Source of the DNA: Tubiluchus corallicola
Lineage: Eukaryota; Animalia; Priapulida
NCBI GenBank assembly: GCA_030141605.1
Contig: JAQGDQ010000393.1
Span: 154,148-218,147 of the forward strand
Direction of reading: 5' to 3'
DNA: 64,000 nt
The translations under genes and the position numbers were made by a program. Positions 1 through 12,502 of this stretch are shown here, one piece after another. Under the pieces are notes generated by a model. It did no database searches, was not told where the DNA came from, and saw only the letters and a list, made by a program, of their open reading frames with translations. Numbering within the stretch: the first letter of the stretch is position 1; each line of letters begins with the position of its first letter.

Positions 1-308
1 GTCAGTGTTAGTAAGTTGTTAAATAATTACAATCATGGAGCAGAAAAGGGAGGGCACAAAGGGTCATCTATACTCATGTTCTTTCTTACAAGTGGCATGC
101 TCAATAAAAATAAATATTTATCTAAACAGTGTTTGGATTCGAAGATTTGGCCTTACTATACATCACTCTTTAGCAGAAGAAAATAAGCATGACTTTTTTA
201 AAATGTTAGTAATATATCAGCAAATACATCTGTATGCTCATACAAAGGTCTTAGATTGTGCAAGAAAAATATTGTTCACAATTTTATAATATTATTGAAA
301 AAAGTAAC

Positions 309-390
309 TTTTATTAAAAACTTCAAAATATAAAATATTATAAACATGCCAAATGTTTCGACTGCACAGTCTACCAGTCATCTTCTGTGT
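309..390 (-). mobile_element. Degenerate Penelope-like terminal remnant with a decayed hammerhead-like core
   Basis: Minus strand reads CAGAAGA-TGACTG...CAGTC-GAAAC followed by AATAAA. This resembles the CUGANGA/stem II/GAAA motif at Penelope pseudo-LTR ends, with U>A in the core. Confidence 0.35.
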
Positions 391-577
391 GACAGAATAC
401 ACAAACAACAACCAATTTTATAAGCAAAGCCTATAGTACAGTATATGAAAATGATTAATTGTGTATTCACATAATAGAAGCCAAAGGCACAGTAAAAAAT
501 AAAGGCCTGTCTACAGTAGAACTATACCTAGGTTTTTGAAAACAAAGTTAATGGAATTAAACTATTTTGCACATTAA

Positions 578-1340
578 AGGGGGACTATCACCAAAATTAA
601 GTTGAGCTTGAATAACTCGCGATTATATTACGAATACAAATACGTGCCTCATTCTTCACGAAAAATTCATGTTTAAGAATCTTTGGCAAACGTTCGGATA
701 AAATTGTACACAAAACGAATATTTGACTAGGCCGCCATTGAGCATGTATCTGCGCCTGCGCCTCTGGTGGCGAAATTGCCGTACTACAGATTCATTAATT
801 CTAGCAGAATGAAGTTACTATATCGGACTTGTTTTACAAGAAAAGAACTTTTGTTACCAAGGCCCACACTTTTGCATCTTGTATTGTTAAGGATGTTTTC
901 AATTAATGCCACAAGAATTTTCACAATGTGTTGTAGGCCTACTTTTGTGCAATGATTGTTTACCTCTATTGGAATATACTGTAATGGACCTATAACTTTC
1001 GACAGTAGTAAAATATCGCTTTAGATGAAAACATGTTAACAAGTGCAACGACAATCGTTTCTGTCGGCTGACTACCTATCCGAACCAAGGTCAAATGCTG
1101 TAACGTAGTAATAACAGCTTTATTTTTAGCCCAGTCATGTACCACAGTGTCACAAAAGGCTGCGTGTACACTCTGTTACGTCATCAGCCTGAGCTGTGCT
1201 AGTTCAATTTTTTCATCGGGAGAGGCAAAAAAGTTAATTACTCTAATTAGACAACGTACTGCTAAAAAAATTCCGCCAACTTGTTCCCGGGGAAGACAAC
1301 TATAAAATAAGTTTAACTTGATTTTCATGATATTCCCCCT
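578..1340. mobile_element. Non-autonomous DNA transposon with TTAA target duplication (Kolobok-like)
   Basis: TTAA|AGGGGGACTATCA...TGATATTCCCCCT|TTAA: imperfect terminal inverted repeats starting with purines and flanked by TTAA on both sides. Confidence 0.7.
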
Positions 1341-3877
1341 TTAAGAGGAGGCTTGTTAGGGTACATGGATAAACTTTCTATTGGTAATAGATCCTAGTTA
1401 TTTGTAGTTTTTGTCACAAAGCTAAAATTATTAAAATCAGCCTTGTGGCTAGAGGCAAAGATATGGTCATGAATGCTAGATTGAGGAGGACATTGTCAGT
1501 TCTAGATGAAATATCCAGATGTTCACACATTCTTACTATAATGTATCTGGACGTTTTGAATTTTATGATGTCGTCTGCAGATTTGCTTTTTAAATGATTC
1601 TTACTGGGCACTTCCTGTCACTAATAAAATTCGCAGCATTTGGAATCATATCACCAATAATGGCAATAAAATTATGATGTCACGTAATGACTAAAAACCA
1701 AGTAAAACACATTTCAAACATCATCATTCAGCCATCCAGTAAACAATATGTATGTTGTCTTCAAGACACACTTACTAACATCTTAACAATTATTATTTGC
1801 CTATACTGCTAATGAAAGTGAACATTGTGAAACTTAGGTAAGTATAATTTTTCAATTTCCAAGAGCAGGAGTTGAGTATCGATATACTCCATATAGCCCA
1901 GTATACCCTCTGCTTTACCAGTGCTAGTGTTAGAACTAATGTATGGAAACATTTATTTAGCCATTGTGCGATTAGTTCATGGAATCGTCTCCTAAGTAAC
2001 ACAGTGGCTTCAGAGAACATAAGTAAATTAAAAGTGCAATGAGAGCGGTGAGCTCAATGTCAACCATAGGCCAGCATCACTAAACCATTCAATGGCATAT
2101 ATTCAATGGTAAGATAGCTTTATACTAATAATGCCAAATAATGATATGATCAATGATGCTTATCATTGTTCATATCATTCTACCAACCTATATATATCAT
2201 ATCATATCATTCATATCAACCTATGCAGTCAATCATGTAGCCTCACTAGGTGGGGAAAGCTTGTGGCAAAAGGCATTATAAAATGTTATCAGATCAGAAT
2301 CCAATTGCAGATTTGTCTTCCCTTCTGCATAGTAGTGATGTAGGCGACACAAGAAAATTCCGGTAATTGCAGACTTGATGAACATTACTAATTACTGAAC
2401 AGGTCAGTAACTTATTACTAGGTAAACCATAAGTGCAATCTGTAGTGCTATTACATAATATGACTGATGACTTTCAAAATTTGCTATTTATGTCAATTCT
2501 CATTTTGATGAGTATTGCAAGTACATTTTACAGAACTATTTTACTCATAGAATGTTTGTTTTAGTCGCATCTGTTTGCAAGAAACTGTGTGATACAAAAT
2601 GTCTCTCAAAAAATTTTCTGTGCTACTCGGCTACTGCTGTGTTAAGCAATGTGAAAAATGTGTAAAAATAGTTAACATTTTTTCAGTGACGTGTGACAGA
2701 ATAATTACGTTTTATTAGTCAGATCTGGTTTTAGTGTGATGCAAATTGTTATATCACAAAATGAATTTATGTGAGATGGAAAATTAATGCCAAGTTATGC
2801 CAATGTAATTGGCATTAAGTTGCGTGTGAAATTACACTGATATTTGATTTCCCTCATTGCTGGGAGCACCGTAGCTGTTGCAGGTGCAGTTTTGTCTCTT
2901 TCAATTGTTTTTGTACACTTAATCATGTTTCCAAAAATCCAAGCCAAATCGCACAGACTGTGTTATAAATGTCATCACCCTAAGGCCACAACACGATGCA
3001 AATAACAGGATAACCTTTAAAAGCCACTTGAAACATCCACGTTTCTGCCAATTAGAAACAGCAGATTTCTCTTTGGAAATTTGTGTGGTTTGTCAATCTA
3101 AATTGTTCATATATAGCCGTGGTATGTTACGGGAGAAAATCGTTCTCCTGCAGTTTATTGCTCAATAAAACATTTTAGTTGAGTTAAGTGATTGAGAAAA
3201 GCTTTTTATATTAGCTGCCGTAACATATTTAATAAAAGTCCATGTGCGACAAAGTTGAAAAAATGGTGTTTATTAACCGTGTACGTGAGCAAAAGTCTAT
3301 GTGATACTACAAGGAGTTTGCCTCGTGTGTGTGAGGCATACAGGTTCCAGTTTTAAAGCAATTGATAGTAATCAATTACTGACCTATTTCAACTTGTAAT
3401 TGATTGCACCTACCTTATTGCATACGTAGGTCAACCAAGAGGTTGTAGATCTTGAGAAAACTGAAATCTTAATACATTATTAGTTAAATTTGATTAAGTT
3501 TGAGAAATTTAATAAAATTAGTCATTAGCCATTTAATTATAATTGGTAGAAATTATAGTGTTAAGCTTTGAAAATTATTTACATTTCATGTGAGCAGTAT
3601 TGCAGTTTGAAATTATCATTATTTTTTTCCTAAATTTGATGTGAATGCCATGATAATATCCTGATTGGAGAAGAGTTACTTGCATATTGTAGCTAAATAA
3701 ACTAAAAGAACAACTACATTTTTAATCTTACACAACTGTATAATATTTCTTAAACTAACTAAAGTAACTAACTAAAGTAAAGACTACATTATATCTTTTT
3801 TAGATAAAACAAGGAAAGGTGTTATTGTTGTGTCAGATTTAGTCACAAACAAAGATTGAACTTGGAAAACTTTTGCC

Positions 3878-6800
3878 ATGACAGAAAAATTTCAAGTGGA
3901 GCTTGGAGGTACAGCTTCCTGTCTTAGTTTTCTCTTGCTGTGTTAACATGCAGAGCTGTATGAGTATCTATAGTCTATTATTTTTAGTTTTTATTTTTTC
4001 TTTCTAACCCCTTTCTAACCCCTATCAAGCCAATGTAGAACATAGAACGTAGGTAGACCATCAGTTTAACTCTGCTTTGTACAAGTTTCTTGATACTGAA
4101 TGCCAGTAGTTATTTGGCTGTATTTGATAATTGTGAATGCAAAAAGATATTTAGAATGTAATTGTGATAATACGTATTTTCATGATCGGATAAAATGGCT
4201 TAATTTTGCTGCTGTTTCTGTATTTTATCAGATGCACTGCAGGTATTAAGGTCTTGAGCATTATGTATGTGGTTCTCTCTGGTGCATTTTTTATTACTTT
4301 TCTAACCAAGCAGGTTCCATATTCTCATGTCTGCACACATGATATTGCTATTGCTGCAGTCCATTTAAATTTGAGAAAACTTAAAAGCCATGTACAGATA
4401 AAGGCAGTGAAGAATACCAAGTCTTTTATGTATACACCATCTAAGGTTAAAGTGTAGGGGCTGTCCGATAATATGTGCGCCCCCCCCCCTCCACAATCCT
4501 ATCCACCCTCACACAAACCACCAGAAATACCTACTAGTGCAGTAAATGCTACTGAATGGATATTCATTAAATCATAAAACTTACACAGAGTATCGTGTTT
4601 ACCATTAATTACGTGTTGTTTGCTGCTTAGCAAATTCATCATCACTAGCTGCATTACATCTTTCATGTTACTTATCACTTGCTGTTTACTTCTAGCAAAG
4701 CATGCTGACCTTAACTAGATTAAATGACCCTAACTTAACTCCACTCAGGTATAATCACGTTTACTTTATGATCAACCGCACATTTAAGGTGATCTCGGAA
4801 CTCGGGTGGAAATACTAGAAATCAGACGCCTACAAACGATACTAAACATCTTTAATGATATAGTGCATCACAGCATAGGTATAAATTTGCCAACTTATGT
4901 CACCCCATCACTCAATCAACAAATTTGTTCATCCAGCAGCAAGAGTCTATATTTATTTATACTCCTATCACAGAGCAATACGCTTGTGGAACAAACTGCC
5001 ACCAGATATCGGAGAAATCACTTCAGAGCACTAGCACCCTCGGCTGTTTCTATCACGAGGGTGCCACCCCACCTAACCTGTGTGTAAATCTAACCATGTT
5101 TTTCGCCCGCACCCACCATGTTTGATTTCCCGATTTCACCGCTATTCATAACCTCTAGCACCATCACAAGTTAGCGAGTTGTTTTTCTCAGCATTTATGC
5201 TAACCATGTGCACCCCTAACTTCCAGTGTGTCATTAAAGACTTTTAGAAGTATACTGTTCAAGACTTCAAGACATTGAAGCTCCAGCAGTCTAGCTTATC
5301 ACCCATGGCTGTGACATCTTCCATCACAAGGAATTTAAACATCAAAGTCCTTTTTCACACCTGTTAACAGCTAAAGTGTCCATAGTAATAAAAGTCTTCG
5401 CTATTTATTATTATTTTTTTCGAAAATTTAAAAAACCATTTATTGCAGTAAACATTAAACAACAAAGTTTAAAGACACAAAGTCCCAGTTCGGAGAGTAC
5501 AGCATGATACTCCTCCAGGGTTGAACACACATTAAATACACATGAAGTTATACATTACATATTTTACATAAACGCTTATATGACAAACACTAGCATTCTG
5601 CAAGATCAAAAGGGTAAAAGTTTTGTAAATAAATTTATGATAAAGATAATTAAATCTATTTAAAACTTAGGTATTAAAATTTATACAGAACGTATCTGTC
5701 GTGTTGACAAAATGTATAACAGTAGAATATACTTTAAACGTTTATTGATACAGAAGTTTCCACAGAAATACAGGTAAAATGATGTTTGCATATAATGTCT
5801 TGTAAAAGGCAACTGGTAGTACAGAATATAGCAAAACTGGAGCAACCATTCACTATTAGGTTAAACCCATTTTTAGAATAGGTAACAGATAGATAGAAGC
5901 CATATCTACTACAGTAATAGCGGTTTTACAAGTTATTAGTCTAATTGCAAATTAAATGTATTTTTTATGATTTTCGGTCGTTCACAACGACTGTATCTTA
6001 CTTTGCACTGAAATACTTCTTCTGCACTGAAGTACTAAGATTGATAATAGTGCTGAATGCAAGTTATCATTGGGTTGATCACAGGTTTGTTCTGCTTTAT
6101 TGCATTAATATTAATAATAGTGCCAAACGTGAACTGTAAAGTAGGGTGGCAAGTAGGGGTGAGCGAAATCGAATTTTTGAATTTGACTTTCAAACAAGAA
6201 TCAAAATGAATTTCTAGATTTCAAATCCAGATTGAATTAGAATTCTGTTTTAAATCATAAAAAAAGCAGTCTCGCAAAGATTCTGCTATTGCTGGATTTT
6301 CTTCTGTAGTAAAGACACTATAATTTTTTAGAAATTGTGCACAGAAATTATGCTAAACTGTGCTATTTGAAACCAGCATGATGTTTCAAAAGTTTAATAA
6401 TAAAGTAGTTGAATCAATAATATTAAGCTCGAATCGAATTTGAATTAAAAAAACTGGTACGAACTGAATTCGAACGTTCAATGCTTTCCTCTAGTGGCAA
6501 ATATGCAAAGCGCATAATTTTGCAGTTTGGTATTTTTGTGTTTCAGCCTCTGAACCATGGTCGAAAGATGCAGAGCTTTATGAACTTTTGGAAGGTATGC
6601 ACTTTTTTCTGTCTTGGATTTTCTTAGATCTGTAGGATTTCTTAGTTTTTGTTAACTTTTTAGTGTTCTGTCCTTAACCCTTTCACTACGGAAGGCAGCA
6701 CACTGCCACCTATGTTTTCATGCAAGGGATGGAAGGTGGTAGACTGCCGTTCAAGCTCAGCAGTAAGCGCAGTCGCCCCGGTTCTGTTTATTTCACTGCT

Positions 6801-9800
6801 ACGGCCATGCAAAACATTATAGAAAAGTTTAACAGTCATGGGATTGGGGTTGCTTTGCAAAAAGTAATGCTAACCAGCCAATCAGAGTCTGAAGCCAGGT
6901 GCATTCCGTACTGTATGGTATGTTCCCACGCAAAATCACTTGTAGATCATTGATGAAACGTATGTTTATTTTTCTGCATTCTTATAAAATGATTGCATAT
7001 TATGGATTAGTATTGTGTCTTTTGCGAAAACTGGTTTCTAAATATATGTACATTATGAGGGTGTGCACGTGTGTGTGTGCGTGTGTGCGTACGTGCGTGC
7101 ATGAGTGCATATATTTGTGCTTGTATGCATGTGCATGTGCAGAAATAAAACCAATGTTTAACATTAGCACTTAATAACGAACTACTATTTGTTTATTTAC
7201 AAGATTCTGTTTAAGTAACACACCACAAGAAGTTATTGTCAAATGTGCAAAAGTCAATGTAGCCCAGTTACAAAGCAACTACGTATTGAAAGGGTTAAAC
7301 AGTTTCGTTTTTGCACATTTCAAACTAAAAGTTTTTTTTGACAGAGCAAAAGCTTCTACAAGATGCTGCCAACTGTTACTCGCTTGAAATATTTCTTCGT
7401 ATGAGCCATCTGGACTTTACGGTGCGACATCGTAAAAATGCTGACCAAATGTCACCATCAGGCATGACGTTTAGTTTTAATAAGAGATTTTGAATAAGTG
7501 AATAAATGTTTTTATTCAAAGAAAGATTACAGGGATATTAAGTAGAATGAATGGGAAAGTATTGGAACATGAAGATGGTGTGCCACAAGATACAACATTT
7601 GTTGCCCAACTAGTGATGGGAATTGATGCAAAAATTGTGATATGATTTCAATAACCACTTTGCAAAAATTGCGATATGATTTCGATAAGCGATAAGGATT
7701 TGCAATACGATTTTGACAAACAATGAGGACTTTTGCAATACAATCTCGATTTCGATAAGCATTTTACAATTTTTTTGGCTACGATTTTAATTTCTAAAAT
7801 ACATGTTGTCGTTAATTTAGTTTATATATTTAAATGGTGATCTTACAAGTGTGTAAATTAAAGGTTTGCACTCATGAAAGTTTGCAGATTTTTGTGCATG
7901 AAAAAGTGGTACATTTTAGCTGCTATTCATTAGTTTTGGTACTTATAACATGATCATATAAACTATTGTTCTCAGTATGTTAATTATTGCTAGGGCACAA
8001 AAATTGCCGAAATGACACAACGATTTCGATATCGATCCTCCGATTGTATCAATTTTGTGTGGTGATAATTATTTATTTTATTGATCCAATAATAGATAAA
8101 AAAAATCGATTTTCTTTGATAAAACGATCATCGATTCCCATTACTATGCCCAACAGCTAAAGCTGGGATTTAATTGCTCAAGCGAAAGTGAAAGCTGTTT
8201 TAAATAGTGCCAATATGTTGATTACTTGTCATAGATCAATCAATTTTTAATTAAGATACAGTTTTAAGAGAGGTGTGCTTGTTTATCGTTAACTAGTTTA
8301 AATTAGCTGAGGTCTTCTTCTTCTTCAAAGCCATTGTTTTCATGCTATTGGAAATATTTTGTACAACTTAATATTTGCTAAATTGAAATTAAATTTCAAT
8401 AAAGTTTAGATTAGATTTTAAATGTATAGCTCTGTATAACCTTTGTTTACCCACTTCTTTGTTCTTAGGTCACTGTTGAAAATAATGATTTATGTGCTTG
8501 CAAACCAAAACCATCCATAAATCAACATAGTTAAAACTAAGTTATGTTGCTTCAAAGTAGAATTCATCAAAAATTTAGTCAAATATCAATTTTTGTTTTT
8601 TTATAAAAACATGATAACTATATTGGACTTTTATATTCTAACATCAAATTATCAAGAAAATACTAAAAATCTTATTTTATAACCCCGTACACACTTGTCA
8701 TACTAAAAACTAGTACTGCAAGTAAAAAACTTTCAAACTCCGATTGTAGCTCATGGAAGCAGTCATTTTGCTTTGGGTATTTCCTATTGCCAAGCCCAAA
8801 TTTCCATTAGGAAGAGCCATCTACTGGATTTAAACACAACTTCAATGTGTTCTTGCAAAGTCCATATCAACCAACATTTGTGCGGTGGCTAAGTGTTTTG
8901 TAGAAAAGCAACAAAAAACAGTGGCTAACCTTAACAGGGATTTTCTCAGGATTATGTCTTTCAACATGTGAGCCTGTACCTGAACTTCAACATGGATGGT
9001 CTCGGTTTAAAAATAACATGGAACAATGAAGTTGCTATTAAAATAATCCTCATGAAATGGAGATTCCGAATACCTGAATATCTAGAAAAGCTATATTGCC
9101 GATTTATGGACGATTTTTGCTGTGCAAGTACACATTTGTAATATTAAAAAGAAACATTGAGTTATTGTAACAAATTTGACACTCACCAGTCTGACTCTTA
9201 TAACTTTTTACAAAAATAATAACTATTTTGTTTGTTTTACAGGCAAAGCACCATTTGTTAGAGTTGGGAATTTTGTGATTAGTGAAATTGATGCAATAGT
9301 TGGATTCTGTGGAACAAAGGTAATTTTATCTCATTCTAGGTTTTTGCAACGAATATTGCCATGAACTTGTTAATTTTAAATGTAATATTGAGAAGTACTG
9401 TTAGTCAATTGCTATGTAATTTAAAAATAGCAGTAAGGCTATAATTTGAATCATTTAAAAATAATCGCATCAAAATTTTTGAGCCTAAATGTTTTAAATT
9501 TTTAGGGTCATAGTCTTTCCGATGCTATGGATCCTAAGGAACTGGCGGACATGAGAGCGTATATGGCACTGGTTGAAAATACCCTAGAAAATGCAGAGGT
9601 CTGTTTTTCTAAAATTTGTTTGGTTTAATGTCCACAATCACAGTGAACACCTTAGGGGTATATTTCTTGGACATTTCTAAGAATGGGCCGAGTAATCAGT
9701 TCTGTCTTGTGTAGTCATCGTCCTGTGTGGACACAGTCATTTATAAAGTTAAAAATAGAAATTATAAACTGAAAATGGCTCTGATTTGAACCTGCAACCT

Positions 9801-12502
9801 TCTGACTTGAAGTCAGATGCACTGCCGTTGGACCACAGAGTTCATTTAATATACAGTGTGCAATTTTAGCTAACTAGTCACTCCTTGTTGTTATCAGCAT
9901 TGTTGTTGTGGACACAACAGAAAAAACCAAGTCTATAGATACAGCATCACTTTGTAGGAATGTGTCGAAAGTATCTGTGATAGATTCTTATTATAACTTT
10001 GGTGTCTAAAACTTTAGATGAAGTTGTACTCCACCCATAGAAATCATGCATACATTTAGCCAGCGTGCGGTATTATTAAATTTGTGTCTATGACTAAATG
10101 CTGCCGCATAGTGCTTACATAAAGCTGTTTGTCCCAAAAAACTTTCCACCCATAGTTATATTGCTTAGCTTTCCACTTACCTGCTTATAAGGCTTGTAAA
10201 ATTCTTAGTAATTTATTATGAATGTCTACTGCAGCTGGTAAAACATCGCTGACTCACCTTCTCAGTGTGCACCATGTATTCACCAAAAAATATATTATTG
10301 ATCTTATTAACAATATAAAGTAATGTATACGCTTAGTTAGTTAAGAATGCTCTGATTACTTTTCCAAACTCTACGCAATGTTATCTAAATTTTTTTCAAA
10401 TGACCTACCATCAAAACGGCTGCGTTTAACTGTCATTGTGGGAGTTTAAATTTTCAAGTTTTATACAGTGTTGCTTCTAATGCAGGCTCTGTGAGCAACG
10501 TAGGTGATACAAAATATCAAGATGATTTTTTTAGTTTTATGTAAGCAAAAGGTTTTCTTTTACTTTAATGCAAACTTTAATTAAATTCACTTTCAGGCAA
10601 AACTGATTTTTAATCAGGTTGTTTTAACTTGATTTAGTAATAATCAAAATTAGAATATCAGTCATAAATCTTTTCCATTATGTCATCTTGACATTTGTTG
10701 AGACTTTGAGTTACACGCAGTAAAAACATTCTACAATTTAACTCTTATGGAAGAGATCATTGTCGGGCAGCATTTTTACTAATTGTTCTGTAAAATTGAC
10801 GAACACATAATGATGTTATTTTCGCACTTTTACCCTAGTTGTTTGTCAACTGGCTTCATGGGCAAACTTACGAGCAGTTTACAAAGCCACGTTACTCGCA
10901 CGTGTATCCTTGGCCTCTTAATCATGTGCTGACATATCGAAGATGGCGTCGGATAAAACATCAGTTGCAATCAGTAGGATGGGCAGAGAAATCTCTAAAC
11001 GAGGTATATTTTAATTGTCTTAATTAAACGTTTTATGCGTAAATGAGTTGGAACTTGAAAGATGATCAGTAGAGAAGATGATTTTTTGCCAAAAACACTA
11101 AATGTCAAAGCAAATAAGAAATGTCAAACTAATAGAAACTTTTTTACTACTATTACTACTACATGATGATGACAATGATCACCATGTTTTTTATAATTGT
11201 TTAGTTAATTACCGGCATTACATTTTATGTTTTTTACCAGGTTAGTTTTGCTTTAATTGAGCAGTTTTACTGAAAATTGCATTACGGTGTGTTTTTTCCT
11301 GTATTTGGAGGGTGTTATATAGTTTTTGTCACCGTATTTAAATGATTTATCTGACTTTTTATAGTTTGTTTATATGACTTTTGTTTGTTTGTTTGATAGG
11401 TGCTAGAAGAAGCCCGAGAAGCATTTGAAGCCCTGTCAGAAAAACTAGGCAAAAATCCATACTTTTGTGGAGACAGGTAACAATTACGTAGAGTATTTAT
11501 GGTCACTGAGTTACGGTCACTATCGGTCACTTTAAGTAAGACCTAAAAACACAGCACAGTCCTGTGTTTGTAGTTTATCGGGAGACATCATTTTTTCCTT
11601 GGTTTACCTGAGGAGGAATGAAACCGAGGTTTTACGAATACTTTTCATAATCATAAATCATAATCATAAATGATACGTTGAGATATTCATTTTGGGCAGA
11701 ATTTCTCGCAGCTGCCAGTCTGGTTGGTTTCAATTGTTGGCAATTCTCGTGTGTCAGCTTACATCCTAGAAAAAGTCAGTAATTCCTTCGTTCACTCACT
11801 CTGTCCGTCATACTTTCAACCAAAAAAAAATTCATCCAGTTGAGTTGAAAATTTGTAGGATATGTCCTTGATTCAAAACTATTTTTTACCTCTTTGCTTG
11901 TATGGAAGACCATGAAGATCGAAGTGTATGGAACCAAAAATATCCAAAACGCCCCCTTATATTATGGTATTAAAATGCCTGTAATGCCACATTAGATTAT
12001 TGTACCAAAACACCTGTAAAGCCCCATGAAATTATGATATAAACGTATCCGTAAAACTCTTTTAGATTATGGTGCTAAAAATATCTGTGATGTTCTGTCC
12101 TTGCAAACTTTACTCACATATTTTTTTTAGATATTTATGTTATAAGCAATATCATTGACAAAATTGTTAAGCAGAAGGCTAATTTTATTTGTTCTGCTTA
12201 AACGTGAATTCTTGCAGTCGAAAGGCAACACGTTTTGCAGGCTTAAGTGAAAAAATGTACTGTAAATTTGGTAGAAAATATCTGCAGTGTAAATGTTTTT
12301 CCTTTATTTCATATTTCACAGGCCAACAGAATTAGATGCACTGGTATACGGTCATATGCATGCCATCCTGAATTCCAACTTGGCTAGTGCAGGACTAACC
12401 AGAATCGCTTCCAAGTATAAAAATCTTGTCTCTTTTGTCAACCGAGTCAACGCTGAATACTGTCAACCAAATAGCCAAGAAACTTCAGCCATATTCTTAT
12501 GA
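3878..12502 (+). CDS. MTX2: Metaxin-2 (mitochondrial outer-membrane SAM complex partner, GST-like fold), spliced
   Basis: Phase-compatible exons: 3878-3908 (MTEKFQVELG), 6547-6594 (ASEPWSKDAELYELLE), 7345-7461 (EQKLLQDAANCYSLEIFLRMSHLDFTVRHRKNADQMSPS), 9243-9319 (GKAPFVRVGNFVISEIDAIVGFCGTK), 9506-9598 (GHSLSDAMDPKELADMRAYMALVENTLENAE), 10839-11003 (LFVNWLHGQTYEQFTKPRYSHVYPWPLNHVLTYRRWRRIKHQLQSVGWAEKSLNE), 11400-11476 (VLEEAREAFEALSEKLGKNPYFCGDR), 12322-12502 (PTELDALVYGHMHAIL...TGA). Motifs EPW, NAxxMSPSGKxPF, YPWPLNH and PTELDALVxGH are typical of metaxin-2. All introns are GT-AG except one GC-AG. The first coding exon is the least certain. Confidence 0.93.
4780..5255 (+). mobile_element. 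Degenerate LINE 3' fragment
   Basis: Peptide W-x-LEIRRLQTILNIFNDIVH resembles the W..L..RR motif C-terminal to non-LTR reverse transcriptases; frameshifted. Confidence 0.35.
6154..6493. mobile_element. hAT-like MITE (TAGGGGTGAGC family)
   Basis: Starts TAGGGGTGAGC, has TCGAA-rich subterminal motifs and near-identical 8-bp flanks GTGGCAAG/GTGGCAAA. Related copies lie at 44589-44898 and 45596-45928. Confidence 0.65.
6678..7294. mobile_element. piggyBac-like MITE in an MTX2 intron
   Basis: TTAA|CCCTTTCACTACG...CGTATTGAAAGGG|TTAA: CCC/GGG termini with a TTAA duplication. Contains a (GT/GC)-type microsatellite at ~7060-7140. Confidence 0.8.
7611..8146. mobile_element. hAT-like MITE in an MTX2 intron
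   Basis: TIR TAGTGATGGGAATTGAT / ATCGATTCCCATTACTA with a perfect 8-bp target duplication TGCCCAAC (7603-7610, 8147-8154) and CGAT-rich subterminal repeats. Confidence 0.85.
9610..9843 (-). mobile_element. tRNA-Trp-derived SINE-like element / tRNA pseudogene (head ~9776-9843, anticodon position TCA)
   Basis: Minus strand AACTCTGTGGTCCAACGGCAGTGCATCTGACTTCAAGTCAGAAGGTTGCAGGTTCAAATC aligns by eye with eukaryotic tRNA-Trp, including A and B boxes. The 3' strand of the T stem is missing. It is followed by a body ending ...GTGGACATTAAACCAAACAAA, like a SINE tail. Confidence 0.65.
11940..12090. repeat. Degenerate ~37-bp tandem repeat (about 4 copies)
   Basis: Recurrent ATTATGGT...AAAA...CCTGTAA...CC units in the last MTX2 intron. 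Confidence 0.5.

Noticed and set aside
35-3800. Short ORFs at the window start
   Set aside because: AT-rich, no recognisable motifs or consistent exon chain; partly inside a transposon.
9776-9843. Functional tRNA-Sec or suppressor tRNA gene
   Set aside because: T-stem 3' strand deleted, acceptor stem mismatched, no long variable arm; treated as a SINE head or pseudogene.
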